From Nitrospirota bacterium (GTDB lineage: Bacteria > JACPQY01), in contig JACPAV010000003.1 of assembly GCA_016180645.1 (NCBI GenBank), positions 124,001-188,000 on the forward strand: a DNA stretch of 64,000 nucleotides, written 5' to 3'. The position numbers were made by a program, and so were the translations under genes. Positions within the stretch are counted from its first letter, which is position 1. Every line of letters begins with the position of its first letter. The notes under the pieces were generated by a model. That model was given only the letters and a program-made list of their open reading frames with translations. It was not told the origin of the DNA and ran no database searches. This document shows positions 17,808 to 27,932 of the stretch, piece after piece.

Positions 17808-20800
17808 TCAGTTTCCTCCGCAGGAGGCAGCCGGGGGCGAGAGCCATCCGACCCGCGACGGGGCGGAGCCGACAAACGCCACTGCCTTCTCAATCTGGTT
17901 CGTGTCGACATTTCCGGCCTTGTCCTGTGCCCGGACGATGAAATAGAACTGGCTTGATCCCGTGAGGCCGGTGACTGTGTAGGATGACGCGCCTGCCGCC
18001 GTGGTGAAGGTCGGCGTGAACGAGCTCCCGCAGCAACCGCCGGACGTCGTCGCTTTGCAGACTTGGTACACGATATCGGTGGCCGGCGACACGTTGTCCG
18101 ACGCGGAGGTCCATTTCAATTCCACCTGGCCGGCGCCGGACGCGGCGGCCGACGAGCAACCGCCGAAAGTGGGCGCCACCCGATCCACCGTCCATACGTA
18201 GCTCACCGGGGATGGGTCCACGCTTCCGGAGCCGTCCTTCGCGCGGCACAAGAACGTGTGCGCGCCGGAGCTGAGTTCAGCATAGTTTTGACTCGCCGGG
18301 CATTTCCTGAATGCCGTTCCGTCGAGCGCACACTCGAAGGTGGCGTTCACATCAGGGCTGGCGCACTTGAACTCAGCGTCGGGACTCTTCGTGAGCGAGG
18401 CCGGTTGGGAATCCAAGCGAGTCTCGGGAACGGCTGCGTCAACCGACTGCTTCAGGATTTCCTCCACAGACGGTCGGGCCTCTCCCTCGCCGACTTCGAG
18501 GGAAACGTCCTGTTTCTCGCTCCGCTCCGCGACCGGCTTACATCCACCGGAGGATGTTGGAGACGAGGCGAGGCAATCCGTAACCTTGACCTCCAGTTCA
18601 AGTTCTTTGTCCTTGAGACCTTTGGGGCACGTGAACGTCGCCAGCGGGCCGCCGTCCACTTCGAGCAACTTGCTCAAATCGGTCCCGTCTTCGGTCTTGA
18701 GAGTCCAGTCAAACTGGAGCTTGTCGCCCTCGGGATCGTTCGCCACGACAGTGACCAGGACTTTTTCGTCCGCCACCGGGGCCTGTGTGGAGGGCACCAC
18801 CTGCATGATCGTCGGGGGCGCATTTTCCTTCCGGACTTCAACCGAAACTTCCACGGTCATCGATTGGCCCGCGGCGTCTTGAATCGTCACGGGCACCTCA
18901 TAGAGATCTTCGGCCTCCGGGGCTTTCCAGGTAACGGTCACCGTCCCCTCCCCGTCTTTGATGGCCGAGCTCCCATCCGGTGTGGTCACCTCGCCTGCTT
19001 CAACCTCGGGCACGGTGAAGTCCACGGAACCTCCGTCATCGGCGACGACCACCTCGATCGTCACGGTCCCCCCGGGGGAAACGACCAGCGGTTCCACTTC
19101 AGCGGATTGCACCGTCGGAGGCACATCCTCAACCGGCACCGCCACGTCGACGACCTCCGTGGTGCCGGACTCCTCGGTCTGAACTTCAACCACTTCGCGG
19201 ATCCCCCCGACCTCGGCAATTACTGAAACAAGGTCGTTCTCGGGAGCGCGTATCTCGTACTGCCCATTCTCATCCGTCGTATCGAAAGCGCCGAGGGAGG
19301 AAACAACTTCCGCTCCTTCCACGGGATCTCCCTGGGCGTCCTTGACTTCGCCCTGCACCAACGTGGCGGGATCATTGATGACGAGTTCAACCACCGCCGG
19401 CTCGCCCCCGGACGGCGGGGTGACGGACTGTGTGGCTGTCAAATCCTCGTCCAAGTCGCCATCCCGTTCATGCGCTTCCACCACGATGGAAGCTTCTTTG
19501 GGAACTTCAACCTCGAATCGGCCCTCGGCATCCGTGACCACGATAGCCGCATCGCCGGCCTCCACTTGCACACCCTTGATTCCGTTCCCTTCTTCGTCCA
19601 CCACCCGGCCGACCAACGAAATTGTTTCCGTTGAGACCGTAACCTTCGGGACGCTCGCCACTTCCGAATCGCCGACCGCTACTTCCTGCGTCTGCGAGAA
19701 TTCCGATCCGTCCGGGGTTCTGGCCACAACTTCCACGGTCACCGTGTCTTCACTCTTCGGCGCCAGGATCTCGTAGGTGCCGTCGAGAGCCGGCTCCACC
19801 ACGTTCCCCTCAACAATGACCAGGGTCTCTTCAATCGGCTGATCTTCCGCCTTGGATTCAACCTTCCCGGTCAAGACGATTACGGGTGGAAGAACCACCT
19901 CGCCCAAATCGTGATGGGTCTCGCCATCGCCGCCGCCGACGGGAATGATGGTCGTCACTTCCGTCTCTCCCTCCAACGATTTCACGGCGAGGTCCACCGT
20001 GCCGCTTTCCGCGAGAACTTTGACTCCGCCATTGGAATCGATTTCGGCAGAGGTTCCCTCGGAGGTGACCACTTCACCTTCCGCGGGGGTCCCGTCTGCG
20101 TTCACGAGTTCGGCTTCCACTTCGACCGGTTCTTCCGTCTCCACGTCCTCCGCCGGAGCGCACCCCGATTCGGTCTTCTTGGCGGTCGCCTCGGTATCAA
20201 TCAGGACTTCCTCCCTGCCTTTGCCTTTCTTATTCTTCTTTTTCTTGGCCTTTTTTTCCTTCTTCGCTTTGTGCTTCTCACCGTGGGCCGCCAGACCGGC
20301 CGTCAATTTCACCTGCTGTCCCTTGGGAACGTGGAGCTTGTATTTGCCCGAACCCTTTTCGACTTTTTCCTCCTTCAGGAATCCAGTGGCCAGCCCTTCC
20401 GCGCGTATCCACATCTCGTCCGCCGGATCGCCGTCCTCATCCACGACTCGGCCCTCCACGCAGGCTTCCTCATGCGTTTCCGCCACAACGATCCAGCCCG
20501 AGCCGGTAACGGCCACTTCCGCAAAAAGTTCGCGTTTCTCGCAGGCGCCCCGCTTGTCCCCATGTTTGAAATGGGACTCCGCGGCGTTGGGAGGAAGGAC
20601 CAGGGTGTAGGAGTCCTCCGAACCCTCCTGAGAATGACAGAGTGTCACGTTTCCATCCTTCTTGCCCTTCTCTTCAGTCGATTTGTCCTCCTTGGGGTCG
20701 GACTCCACGAGGCGGGCCTCTCCGACTTTTTTCCATTCGCCCTTGCTCTCGTCGAACTCGAACTGGTCGAGATGGCGCTTTCCCCTGTCGAACTCTTCCA

Positions 20801-21617
20801 GATGTTTTTCCTGAATCGACTCCGGGACCTCGATGACCATCTTGGCCGGGGCTTCGGGGGTGACGACATCCTCCACTGCTTTTCCCTTCTCATCGGTCAG
20901 GTTGACGTGGACGAGAGCGACGGGCTCCAGCGCGACGGTTTTTTCCTCCTCATCGTCGGATTTCTTCTCCTTGGCCTCCATCTTCCCCGGAGAGACGTCC
21001 TGATCGACCTTGGGATCGGCCACGGCCACTTGCGCAACGACCTTCTTGGTTTCCTTACCTTTGTCATCCTTCCCTGCTCTTGCCACCGCCGCCCGGATGC
21101 CCGAAAGTGAGCTCGGGGGAAGTTTGAGGCGGACGGACCCGTTCGATGACAGCGCCGTGCCGGACGATCCGATCGAGAGGGTAGACGTCACCGGCAACAG
21201 CTTCGAGTTCACGGCCAGTCGAACCCCCTTGGAGAGACCGCCGCGAGAGATGGTTTGGTAAACCGGGGCGAAACCCGGCGTTCGGACCACCAGCTCCACA
21301 TCGCCCTCTTCTGGAATGGACACGTCCGAAAACACATACTCCCCTGCGACGCCGGTACGGCCCTTCGCAGCCCGACCGGACGCACGGCGCACAATTTGAG
21401 AGGTCCCGCCGATGGCCGCTCCCTGTGAGCCGCCTCCCGCGGACATCAAAAGCACTTCGGCGCCCACGATCGGTTCTCCGGTCACGTTGTCCTTGGCTAC
21501 GCCGCTGATCGTGAAACCCGATCCTTTGCTCTTGTCTTTTCCACCGGAAACAAACGTCACACCTTCACAGGACGTGATGACCGCAACCAGCGAGATCAGG
21601 CCGATCAACTTTTTCAT
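17808..21617 (-). CDS. Giant acidic surface lipoprotein (carboxypeptidase-regulatory/Cna-B-like repeats, Ig-like and FN3 domains), paralog B
   Basis: MKKLIGLISLVAVITSC lipoprotein signal; repeated GRVVDEEG.P..GV.V...TD..G.F/Y; PET.L...P...F.C.LDG; C-terminal FN3 (YFIVRAQDKAGN). Confidence 0.8.
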   Translation of the reverse strand: MKKLIGLISLVAVITSCEGVTFVSGGKDKSKGSGFTISGVAKDNVTGEPIVGAEVLLMSAGGGSQGAAIGGTSQIVRRASGRAAKGRTGVAGEYVFSDVSIPEEGDVELVVRTPGFAPVYQTISRGGLSKGVRLAVNSKLLPVTSTLSIGSSGTALSSNGSVRLKLPPSSLSGIRAAVARAGKDDKGKETKKVVAQVAVADPKVDQDVSPGKMEAKEKKSDDEEEKTVALEPVALVHVNLTDEKGKAVEDVVTPEAPAKMVIEVPESIQEKHLEEFDRGKRHLDQFEFDESKGEWKKVGEARLVESDPKEDKSTEEKGKKDGNVTLCHSQEGSEDSYTLVLPPNAAESHFKHGDKRGACEKRELFAEVAVTGSGWIVVAETHEEACVEGRVVDEDGDPADEMWIRAEGLATGFLKEEKVEKGSGKYKLHVPKGQQVKLTAGLAAHGEKHKAKKEKKAKKKKNKKGKGREEVLIDTEATAKKTESGCAPAEDVETEEPVEVEAELVNADGTPAEGEVVTSEGTSAEIDSNGGVKVLAESGTVDLAVKSLEGETEVTTIIPVGGGDGETHHDLGEVVLPPVIVLTGKVESKAEDQPIEETLVIVEGNVVEPALDGTYEILAPKSEDTVTVEVVARTPDGSEFSQTQEVAVGDSEVASVPKVTVSTETISLVGRVVDEEGNGIKGVQVEAGDAAIVVTDAEGRFEVEVPKEASIVVEAHERDGDLDEDLTATQSVTPPSGGEPAVVELVINDPATLVQGEVKDAQGDPVEGAEVVSSLGAFDTTDENGQYEIRAPENDLVSVIAEVGGIREVVEVQTEESGTTEVVDVAVPVEDVPPTVQSAEVEPLVVSPGGTVTIEVVVADDGGSVDFTVPEVEAGEVTTPDGSSAIKDGEGTVTVTWKAPEAEDLYEVPVTIQDAAGQSMTVEVSVEVRKENAPPTIMQVVPSTQAPVADEKVLVTVVANDPEGDKLQFDWTLKTEDGTDLSKLLEVDGGPLATFTCPKGLKDKELELEVKVTDCLASSPTSSGGCKPVAERSEKQDVSLEVGEGEARPSVEEILKQSVDAAVPETRLDSQPASLTKSPDAEFKCASPDVNATFECALDGTAFRKCPASQNYAELSSGAHTFLCRAKDGSGSVDPSPVSYVWTVDRVAPTFGGCSSAAASGAGQVELKWTSASDNVSPATDIVYQVCKATTSGGCCGSSFTPTFTTAAGASSYTVTGLTGSSQFYFIVRAQDKAGNVDTNQIEKAVAFVGSAPSRVGWLSPPAASCGGN

Positions 21618-21652
21618 GTAGGTCTCTCCGATCCGTTGTTTCTCCATGGTGG

Positions 21653-24600
21653 TCATGGCCTCCTCGGGGCCTGGATCCCCGAAAACACGGCCGCTTTCTC
21701 TATTTGGCTGGCGTCCACGTTTCCTGCCTTGTCCTTCGCCCGTACGACAAAATAGAAGGTGCTCGCTCCGCTCAAGCCGGTGACCGAGTAGGAGGTCGCC
21801 CCGGCGGAGGAGGTGTACGTCGGCGTGAATGAGCTGCCGCAGCAGCCGAACGACGTGGTGGTCTGACAGATCTGGTAGACGATTTCGTTTTGAGCGGAAA
21901 CATTGTCCGTGCCCGCCGTCCACGCAAGGTCCGCCTTTCCCGCCGCCGCCGGTGTGGCCGACGATACCCCACCGAAAACGGGAGGTACCGTATCGACCGT
22001 GAACTTCACCTCCACCGGATCGGTCTTGTTCCCGGCCGGATCGGCGGCTTTCACTTTGCAGGAATGATCCCCATCTTTCAGATCGACAAACGAGAAGGGG
22101 GGCGAGCAGGGCTGGTACTCGCCGTTATCCAACTGGCACTCGTACTCGACATCCTCCTCGACTTCGGTGATGGGGAGCGAAACACCCTTGGTCGTTTTCT
22201 GGGCAGGTATGGATGGGTCGAATTTCAGCTTCGGCGGCTGGGTATCCAAGTCGACCGTGACGGTCAGAGGTTTCGGATCCTTGACGCCTGTTGGGGACAC
22301 GGCTTGGACCGTGATCGTATGATCCCCGTCGGCCAACGGCTTGCCTTCGGCCAATTCCGCAAGCGTCGGTTTGGAAGAACAGGGTTTAGCGGGTCCTCCG
22401 TCGAGGGAGCACTCAAACGTCGCCTTGGGATTGTTGCTCTTGAGTTCGAGAGGCTGCGTGGCCGAGGCGACGGCTTTGGGTGGCTCTGCGGCCAACGTCG
22501 TTTCAGGAACCAGGGCCTGAGCCTCGGGTGGCCTGCCCTCGCCTTGCCCTACGTCGAGGTCCACGGTTTGCTTGTCCTTGTTTCCCTTGGGGTCCGTCAC
22601 CTCAACGGTCAGTTCAAGTTCCGTCCCATCCGGGATGGAGGGCGTGACGAACGTCACGGTATCCGTCGTCGGATTTGTAAGAAGGGCCGTGTAGTCGGTT
22701 CCATCCGAATCCTTGAGAGTCCATTTGTGGGTGAGGGCGTCTGCATCCGGATCGCTTGCCGACACCGAAACCTGAACCTGCTCGCCCGGAATCGGGGCAA
22801 GGGTGCTGGGGTCCACTGCCGCGATATCCGGTGGAAGGTTTTCCGTTCGCACTTCCACGGTGGGGGTAACGTCCGTCTCGTTCCCCGACGAGTCCGTGAT
22901 CGTGACGGGGATCTCGTACCAACCCGGCTCTGTCGGAGCGGTCCACTCCAGCTTGATGACACCATCCGACGGCACCGTCCCTTCCGGATTGGCTACTTTG
23001 CCCGCCACAGACTCATCCACTTCGAATTGGGCGCCGGACTTGTCATCCGCAACTACGATCTTGATTTCCAGATTCCCGCCCGGCTTGGCGGCGGGTGCGT
23101 CCGTGGAGACCGACTCCACTTGGGGTGGAGCATCTTCCACGTTCAACTGCACATCGAGGTGAGTAACGGATCCTTTTTCGCCCGTCGTGAAACCAACCTC
23201 TTCCTTGACGGATCCGAGGGCGAAAACGAGCGTCAGCTCTGAGTCCTTCGCAACGCTGATCTTGTAGCGGCCATTGGCGTCCGTCTCCGTTGATCCGCCG
23301 AGGGACGAGACCACCGAAACGCCCGCCAGCGGGATGCCGGTGGATTTCTTGGCTGCCGCTCGCGAAGGAGCCTTTGCTTTGGAGGGTTCACCGAAAGCGG
23401 GATCTCCCGTTCCCTTGGTCACGATCCCTTGGACGAAGGCCGGCCGGCCGTCGACTTGGAATTCGACTTCGACCGTTTCCTTGGCGGATTCGGAGTGTAC
23501 GGTTTTCTCCAGCGTGGATTCGGACCTGGAAGCGCCGTCGCGCGTGACAGCCTCCAGCTCAAGATCGTCCTGATGGAGGACCTCGCCCTTGAAGCGGCCT
23601 TCGGAATCCGTGGTCAGGGCCTGACCGCCCTCCACCTGCACGATGGCGCCCGGTACGCCGTTGCCTTCGACGTCCACCACACGCCCAACCAACACTTGCT
23701 CCTCGGTCTTGATATTCTCGGTGGGCGCCTGTGTTTGCGTCGCGCCCTTGGTGTCAACTTGCACTTCCTGGCTGATGGGAAGGCCGGATTCCGTCACGCC
23801 CTCGATCACCAGATCGACCACCTCATCCGTCTTGGGGATCACCAAGGTGTAGTTGCCGTTCGGATCCGTCTTGACCGCATTGCCATTCGCCTCGACCACC
23901 GCATCGGAAAGAGGTTTCCCCGTGTCTCCCTCCGTCACCTTGCCGGTGATCACCGTGGGCTCCGGGATGGTCACCTCCCCCAGATCTTCGGTTACCCCCC
24001 CGGTCGTGGGCTCCACGGGAACAACCGTCGAGACTTCTTTTCCACCCACTTCGGTCACGATCCTCACCGTGTCGGTTGTCGGCGAGGCGGGCACGGAAAA
24101 AGTGCCATCCGGCTCGATGGGCGCCGAGGTCCCATCGGAGGTGACCACGGAGCCTGTGAGGGGATTCCCATTCTGATCCACGACCCGGCCTTCAATCGTC
24201 ACCGGGTCGGCCACCTCGATCTCAGGGACTTTGAAGGCTTCACCGTCTTCGATCGGTTTCGAGGTATCGACGAGGACCGGAGTTTCGGACGTGGCCGGCT
24301 GGGTTTCCTGCTTGGTGCGACCGGTGGTCACTTTGACCATGTCGTCCTCGGGAACCCGGACCACGTATTCGCCGTTTTCGTCCGTGCGGGCGTGATTCAC
24401 CGTATTGGTGGTCAGCCCTTCGGCGCGGACCCACGCATCCTCGACCGGCTTGCCCTCGTCATCCACAACTTTTCCTTGGAGGGGCACGGTCGGTTCCGGC
24501 GTCGCAACCAGAGTGGTGCAAGCGTGGGTGACTTGGGCTTCGATGAAAACTTTTCGTTTTTTCTCTTTTCCTTTTTTCTCTTCCACCACAATAAGGCGGG

Positions 24601-25753
24601 CGTCTTTCTCCTCCTGGATGAACTCGCCCGTGGCGGCGTTGTAGTGGAAGGCCATGGCGCTGCGCTCTCCTTCATCGTATTCCTTGAGCATTTTCTCCTG
24701 GAGGGAATCCGGAACAGCCAGGACCACCGATGCCGGATTCTCCTTGGTCACCGCCTGGGTCACGGCCACGTTGGTATCCGTGCGGACCTCGAAGTGGGCT
24801 TGGGCGATCGGCTGGAGCTGGAGGGAATCTTCCGCCTTCGCCTCTTTTTCTCCCTTCTCATCGCCTGGGCAGGCGCCTTCGGTATCGCCGTGATGGATGT
24901 GGGCATCCAGCGCAGAGGCCGTGACTTGCGTGGTCTTCAGAACTGAGGCATTCCCGGGTGGACGATGGCAGATGGTGATGAGTTTGACATCGAACTGTCC
25001 CGGCAGCAGGGCGGTATCTTGAGAAGGATCGCTGACCGACACATCGACGGCGATGCTTTTTGCGCCGGTCGCGAAGGCGGGATCCGCAGGAATATCGCAT
25101 TTCGGGCTGCACTTGATATTGTCGGACAGTTGCAGGTGAAATGCGCCGTCCGGTGTGCGGACCTCTTTCTTCTCGTCCACCTTTTCCGAATGGGTGTACG
25201 GCTGGAGGGCCACTTCCGTGGCGTGGCTCTTGCCGCTCTTCAGTTCCTCGCGTGAAAGGTTCTTATTAATAGGGGCGAATCCGGGCGCAAAGATATTCAG
25301 AGCGGCATCGGTCCCTGCGGGAAGGTCGATTTCCGGAACCACATACTCGCCGGAGGGACCCGTCAGAACCTCGTACGTCTTCACTTCCCGACGGATGTGC
25401 GTTCGCCGCACGCCGGACGGCAGTACGCGCATCGGGCTGCAGCTCGATGGAGTCTGAGCGAGGGGGGCCAAGGCCGGGGACTCCCCTCTGGTCGGAGCGC
25501 GCGAAGGGAGGGCCGTAACAACATTCACCTGGACCGTGGCCCCCGAGATAGGCTTGCCGGTCAGATTATCCCGGACCACTCCGCTGAACATGAGGTCGGA
25601 TTTCGGACCTTGGGCCTCTTGGGATGCCGACTTCAACTGAGTTGTCGTCTTGTCGGAGTCTTTGGATTCGCATGCACCGGCAAGGAGCATGAGCGCCAGG
25701 AATGCGGCGCCGCGAGGTTTCAGATCGAAACATTTCATCTTGCAAGCCTCCAC
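21653..25753 (-). CDS. Giant acidic surface lipoprotein, paralog A
   Basis: LLAGAC lipobox; colinear domain series with 17808-21617; C-terminal CCGSSFTP..GA.SY.VTGL..YFVVRAKDKAGNVD; GGAGGAGG RBS. Confidence 0.8.
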   Translation of the reverse strand: MEACKMKCFDLKPRGAAFLALMLLAGACESKDSDKTTTQLKSASQEAQGPKSDLMFSGVVRDNLTGKPISGATVQVNVVTALPSRAPTRGESPALAPLAQTPSSCSPMRVLPSGVRRTHIRREVKTYEVLTGPSGEYVVPEIDLPAGTDAALNIFAPGFAPINKNLSREELKSGKSHATEVALQPYTHSEKVDEKKEVRTPDGAFHLQLSDNIKCSPKCDIPADPAFATGAKSIAVDVSVSDPSQDTALLPGQFDVKLITICHRPPGNASVLKTTQVTASALDAHIHHGDTEGACPGDEKGEKEAKAEDSLQLQPIAQAHFEVRTDTNVAVTQAVTKENPASVVLAVPDSLQEKMLKEYDEGERSAMAFHYNAATGEFIQEEKDARLIVVEEKKGKEKKRKVFIEAQVTHACTTLVATPEPTVPLQGKVVDDEGKPVEDAWVRAEGLTTNTVNHARTDENGEYVVRVPEDDMVKVTTGRTKQETQPATSETPVLVDTSKPIEDGEAFKVPEIEVADPVTIEGRVVDQNGNPLTGSVVTSDGTSAPIEPDGTFSVPASPTTDTVRIVTEVGGKEVSTVVPVEPTTGGVTEDLGEVTIPEPTVITGKVTEGDTGKPLSDAVVEANGNAVKTDPNGNYTLVIPKTDEVVDLVIEGVTESGLPISQEVQVDTKGATQTQAPTENIKTEEQVLVGRVVDVEGNGVPGAIVQVEGGQALTTDSEGRFKGEVLHQDDLELEAVTRDGASRSESTLEKTVHSESAKETVEVEFQVDGRPAFVQGIVTKGTGDPAFGEPSKAKAPSRAAAKKSTGIPLAGVSVVSSLGGSTETDANGRYKISVAKDSELTLVFALGSVKEEVGFTTGEKGSVTHLDVQLNVEDAPPQVESVSTDAPAAKPGGNLEIKIVVADDKSGAQFEVDESVAGKVANPEGTVPSDGVIKLEWTAPTEPGWYEIPVTITDSSGNETDVTPTVEVRTENLPPDIAAVDPSTLAPIPGEQVQVSVSASDPDADALTHKWTLKDSDGTDYTALLTNPTTDTVTFVTPSIPDGTELELTVEVTDPKGNKDKQTVDLDVGQGEGRPPEAQALVPETTLAAEPPKAVASATQPLELKSNNPKATFECSLDGGPAKPCSSKPTLAELAEGKPLADGDHTITVQAVSPTGVKDPKPLTVTVDLDTQPPKLKFDPSIPAQKTTKGVSLPITEVEEDVEYECQLDNGEYQPCSPPFSFVDLKDGDHSCKVKAADPAGNKTDPVEVKFTVDTVPPVFGGVSSATPAAAGKADLAWTAGTDNVSAQNEIVYQICQTTTSFGCCGSSFTPTYTSSAGATSYSVTGLSGASTFYFVVRAKDKAGNVDASQIEKAAVFSGIQAPRRP

Positions 25754-26042
25754 ATGGATAAACCCTCCTCCAATTCCGCGATTCTATCGGTCGTTGCGCT
25801 GCATGGTTTCATGGGCGGGACCCGTTGTCAATGAAACTTCCTCCCCATTTTTCTTCTTCAGGATCTCGTCGGCGACTTTCACAATAAACTTGAGTTTACC
25901 TGATGGAACTTGAAGTTGTCTGTGACGTATATCACCGCCCCCGCCCGACCGGTCCAAGGACTGGAGGACCATCCGGCGCTATGGTGATCAATGAGGCACG
26001 GGGGTGGAAAACGTGGAGGGAAGATGGCGGCCGATGGCCCTG

Positions 26043-26073
26043 AAAAAAACACTCCCGGCCGAGGCCGGGAGTG
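26043..26073 (-). terminator. Rho-independent terminator after fliW
   Basis: CACTCCCGGCC-GA-GGCCGGGAGTG perfect stem, followed on the minus strand by a T7 tract. Confidence 0.85.
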
Positions 26074-26091
26074 CTCTAAGATCCGTGGTTG

Positions 26092-26643
26092 CTACATTCC
26101 GGCGGCTTGGAGCGAGATGAGTCCCATCTCGCCTTGAGCGCGACCGAGCACGATGTCCTGGGACTCCTTTTTCGCTCGTTCCTCGGCGGCCTTCATGATC
26201 TCCCCCGATCTTTTCATTTCCTGGATTACCGAGTGGGACGTGGTGTAGTCTCCTTCGAGGAGGATGATCTGTTTTCCCAGCATTCTCTCCACGTTGACCA
26301 CGAGGGGGCCTTGGAGATTGGCCGTCATTCCGGCTGGATTGCCGCGGGGGATGGTCACCAGGGCGAGAACCACGAGATCCTTTTCCGAACCCGGCCTGAT
26401 TTCATCAAGATCATCCCTTTTGACGTTCACGTGGTAGTCCGGCCGGAACATCAGCGGATCGATGACGACGAAAGCAAGGTCGGCATTGTCCGCCGATTGC
26501 AGCCAGCGGAACGGAGTCTCTTTGTCGTGGTCCAGGAGCACGTAGCGTTTCTCGTTCGGGAAGCCGAAAAGCCCTGCGGGAAACGAGATGACCTTGTTGT
26601 CTTCGACCTCGATTGTGCCGAAGCGGGACGTCTTGATAATCAT
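26092..26643 (-). CDS. fliW: FliW (CsrA antagonist / flagellar assembly factor)
   Basis: [46 protein letters not shown]; adjacent to csrA. Confidence 0.93.
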   Translation of the reverse strand: MIIKTSRFGTIEVEDNKVISFPAGLFGFPNEKRYVLLDHDKETPFRWLQSADNADLAFVVIDPLMFRPDYHVNVKRDDLDEIRPGSEKDLVVLALVTIPRGNPAGMTANLQGPLVVNVERMLGKQIILLEGDYTTSHSVIQEMKRSGEIMKAAEERAKKESQDIVLGRAQGEMGLISLQAAGM

Positions 26644-26999
26644 TCCGGTGTTCCTCCTTCCTTGGTTGAACTTTTCCCCGGTGTCTTTGGCCGGTCCTGG
26701 CCTTCGCCCTCGTGCCGACCGTTCCCCGTGGACGGGGCGGTCTCTTCTCCACTTCCGGGGGTTGGTGTTTTCTTCATGTCTTTCCAGATTTTCGAAATTT
26801 CTTCCAAACTCTTGGGCGCCTCCGCGGATTCGACCGTCGCTTCCTTTATCTTCTTGAAAATCTCCTCGCGATGGACGATGACGTTTTTCGGCGCTTCAAT
26901 TCCCAGCCTGACCTGGGTGCCCCTGATCTCGATCACGACGAGCTTGATTTCCTCGCCTATCGTGATCCCTTCACCGACCTTCCTGGTCAAAACCAACAT
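26640..26999 (-). CDS. csrA: Carbon storage regulator CsrA with long C-terminal extension
   Basis: [30 protein letters not shown]; 119 aa. Confidence 0.95.
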   Translation of the reverse strand: MLVLTRKVGEGITIGEEIKLVVIEIRGTQVRLGIEAPKNVIVHREEIFKKIKEATVESAEAPKSLEEISKIWKDMKKTPTPGSGEETAPSTGNGRHEGEGQDRPKTPGKSSTKEGGTPE

Positions 27000-27160
27000 G
27001 GTTAGCCTTCCTTTGCTACGTAAGTTATCGGCAGGATAGAGGAAACCTTTACCGTGATCGGCCTTCCAAGGAGGAATTTTGTTCCGTTGCTCTGATTCGG
27101 CAAGACCCCCTCTTTCCGCGCGTTCGCGAGAGCCACCGCGTTCTGCTAGAGTTATCTATC

Positions 27161-27892
27161 ATGGGTCGTTCGAGGCCTCTCCTCCTTTCGGTGGTTGTTC
27201 CCGTGTTTCGCCAAGCCGATACCGCGAGTCTGACCCTTCCGGTTCTAAGCCGCGTGTTACGATCCAGCCTTAAGGATTTCGAGATCGTTTGTGTGGACGA
27301 CGGTAGCGGCGACGATACCCCCACGATGCTTCACATGGCCGCAGGAGAGGATCCTTCCATTCGTATCAAGGCGGAACGGAAACACCGTGGGCAGCACGGG
27401 GCCATTCTGGAGGGGTTGGCGGCCTCTCACGGCAAGTTCGTGGCCACGACGGATGCGGACTTGGAAGCGTCCCCCGAGTGGATCCCCGAGGCCCTGCGCC
27501 TGGCCCAGCGCGGTATTCACCTCGTGAATGGTGCCCGGAAGGGCTGGGATCGATCCTCCCTCGGCTCTCTCGCCATCCGAATTCCCCTGCGGCTGATGGG
27601 TTCGGAGCTTTGCAGGCTTACCGATCTTTCATCACCCTACAAACTCGTATCGCGCGAGCTTGCCGATGCGCTCCTCACGCTCCGCGGAGAGGATCATTTT
27701 CTCGCGCTGTTCGCGGCGCATTGGGGTCGGCCTTCTTGCGAGATTCCCCTGAAACAGAATCGAGAATACGCGGCGAGGACATCCTACGGCCTTTTCCGGC
27801 GGGCGCGCCTGTATGCAACGTTTCTCAGAGATCTTCGGCACGTCGTCCGTTGGGGGGGCCAACCCATTCCGGAGCGCCGAGCCACCGCCTAG
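27161..27892 (+). CDS. GT2 glycosyltransferase (ArnC/DPM1-like, without C-terminal TM pair)
   Basis: LSVVVPVF, VDDGSGDDT, RGQHGAILEG, TTDADL, R...RTSYG. Confidence 0.8.
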   Translation: MGRSRPLLLSVVVPVFRQADTASLTLPVLSRVLRSSLKDFEIVCVDDGSGDDTPTMLHMAAGEDPSIRIKAERKHRGQHGAILEGLAASHGKFVATTDADLEASPEWIPEALRLAQRGIHLVNGARKGWDRSSLGSLAIRIPLRLMGSELCRLTDLSSPYKLVSRELADALLTLRGEDHFLALFAAHWGRPSCEIPLKQNREYAARTSYGLFRRARLYATFLRDLRHVVRWGGQPIPERRATA

Positions 27893-27932
27893 CTCCAGCT
27901 CGCCGCGTCCGTGTACTTCAACCCGATATTGA

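Noticed and set aside
25784-25972. 62-aa minus-strand ORF between fliW and lipoprotein A
   Set aside because: Protein-like stretch, but no recognisable family; cannot be supported as a gene
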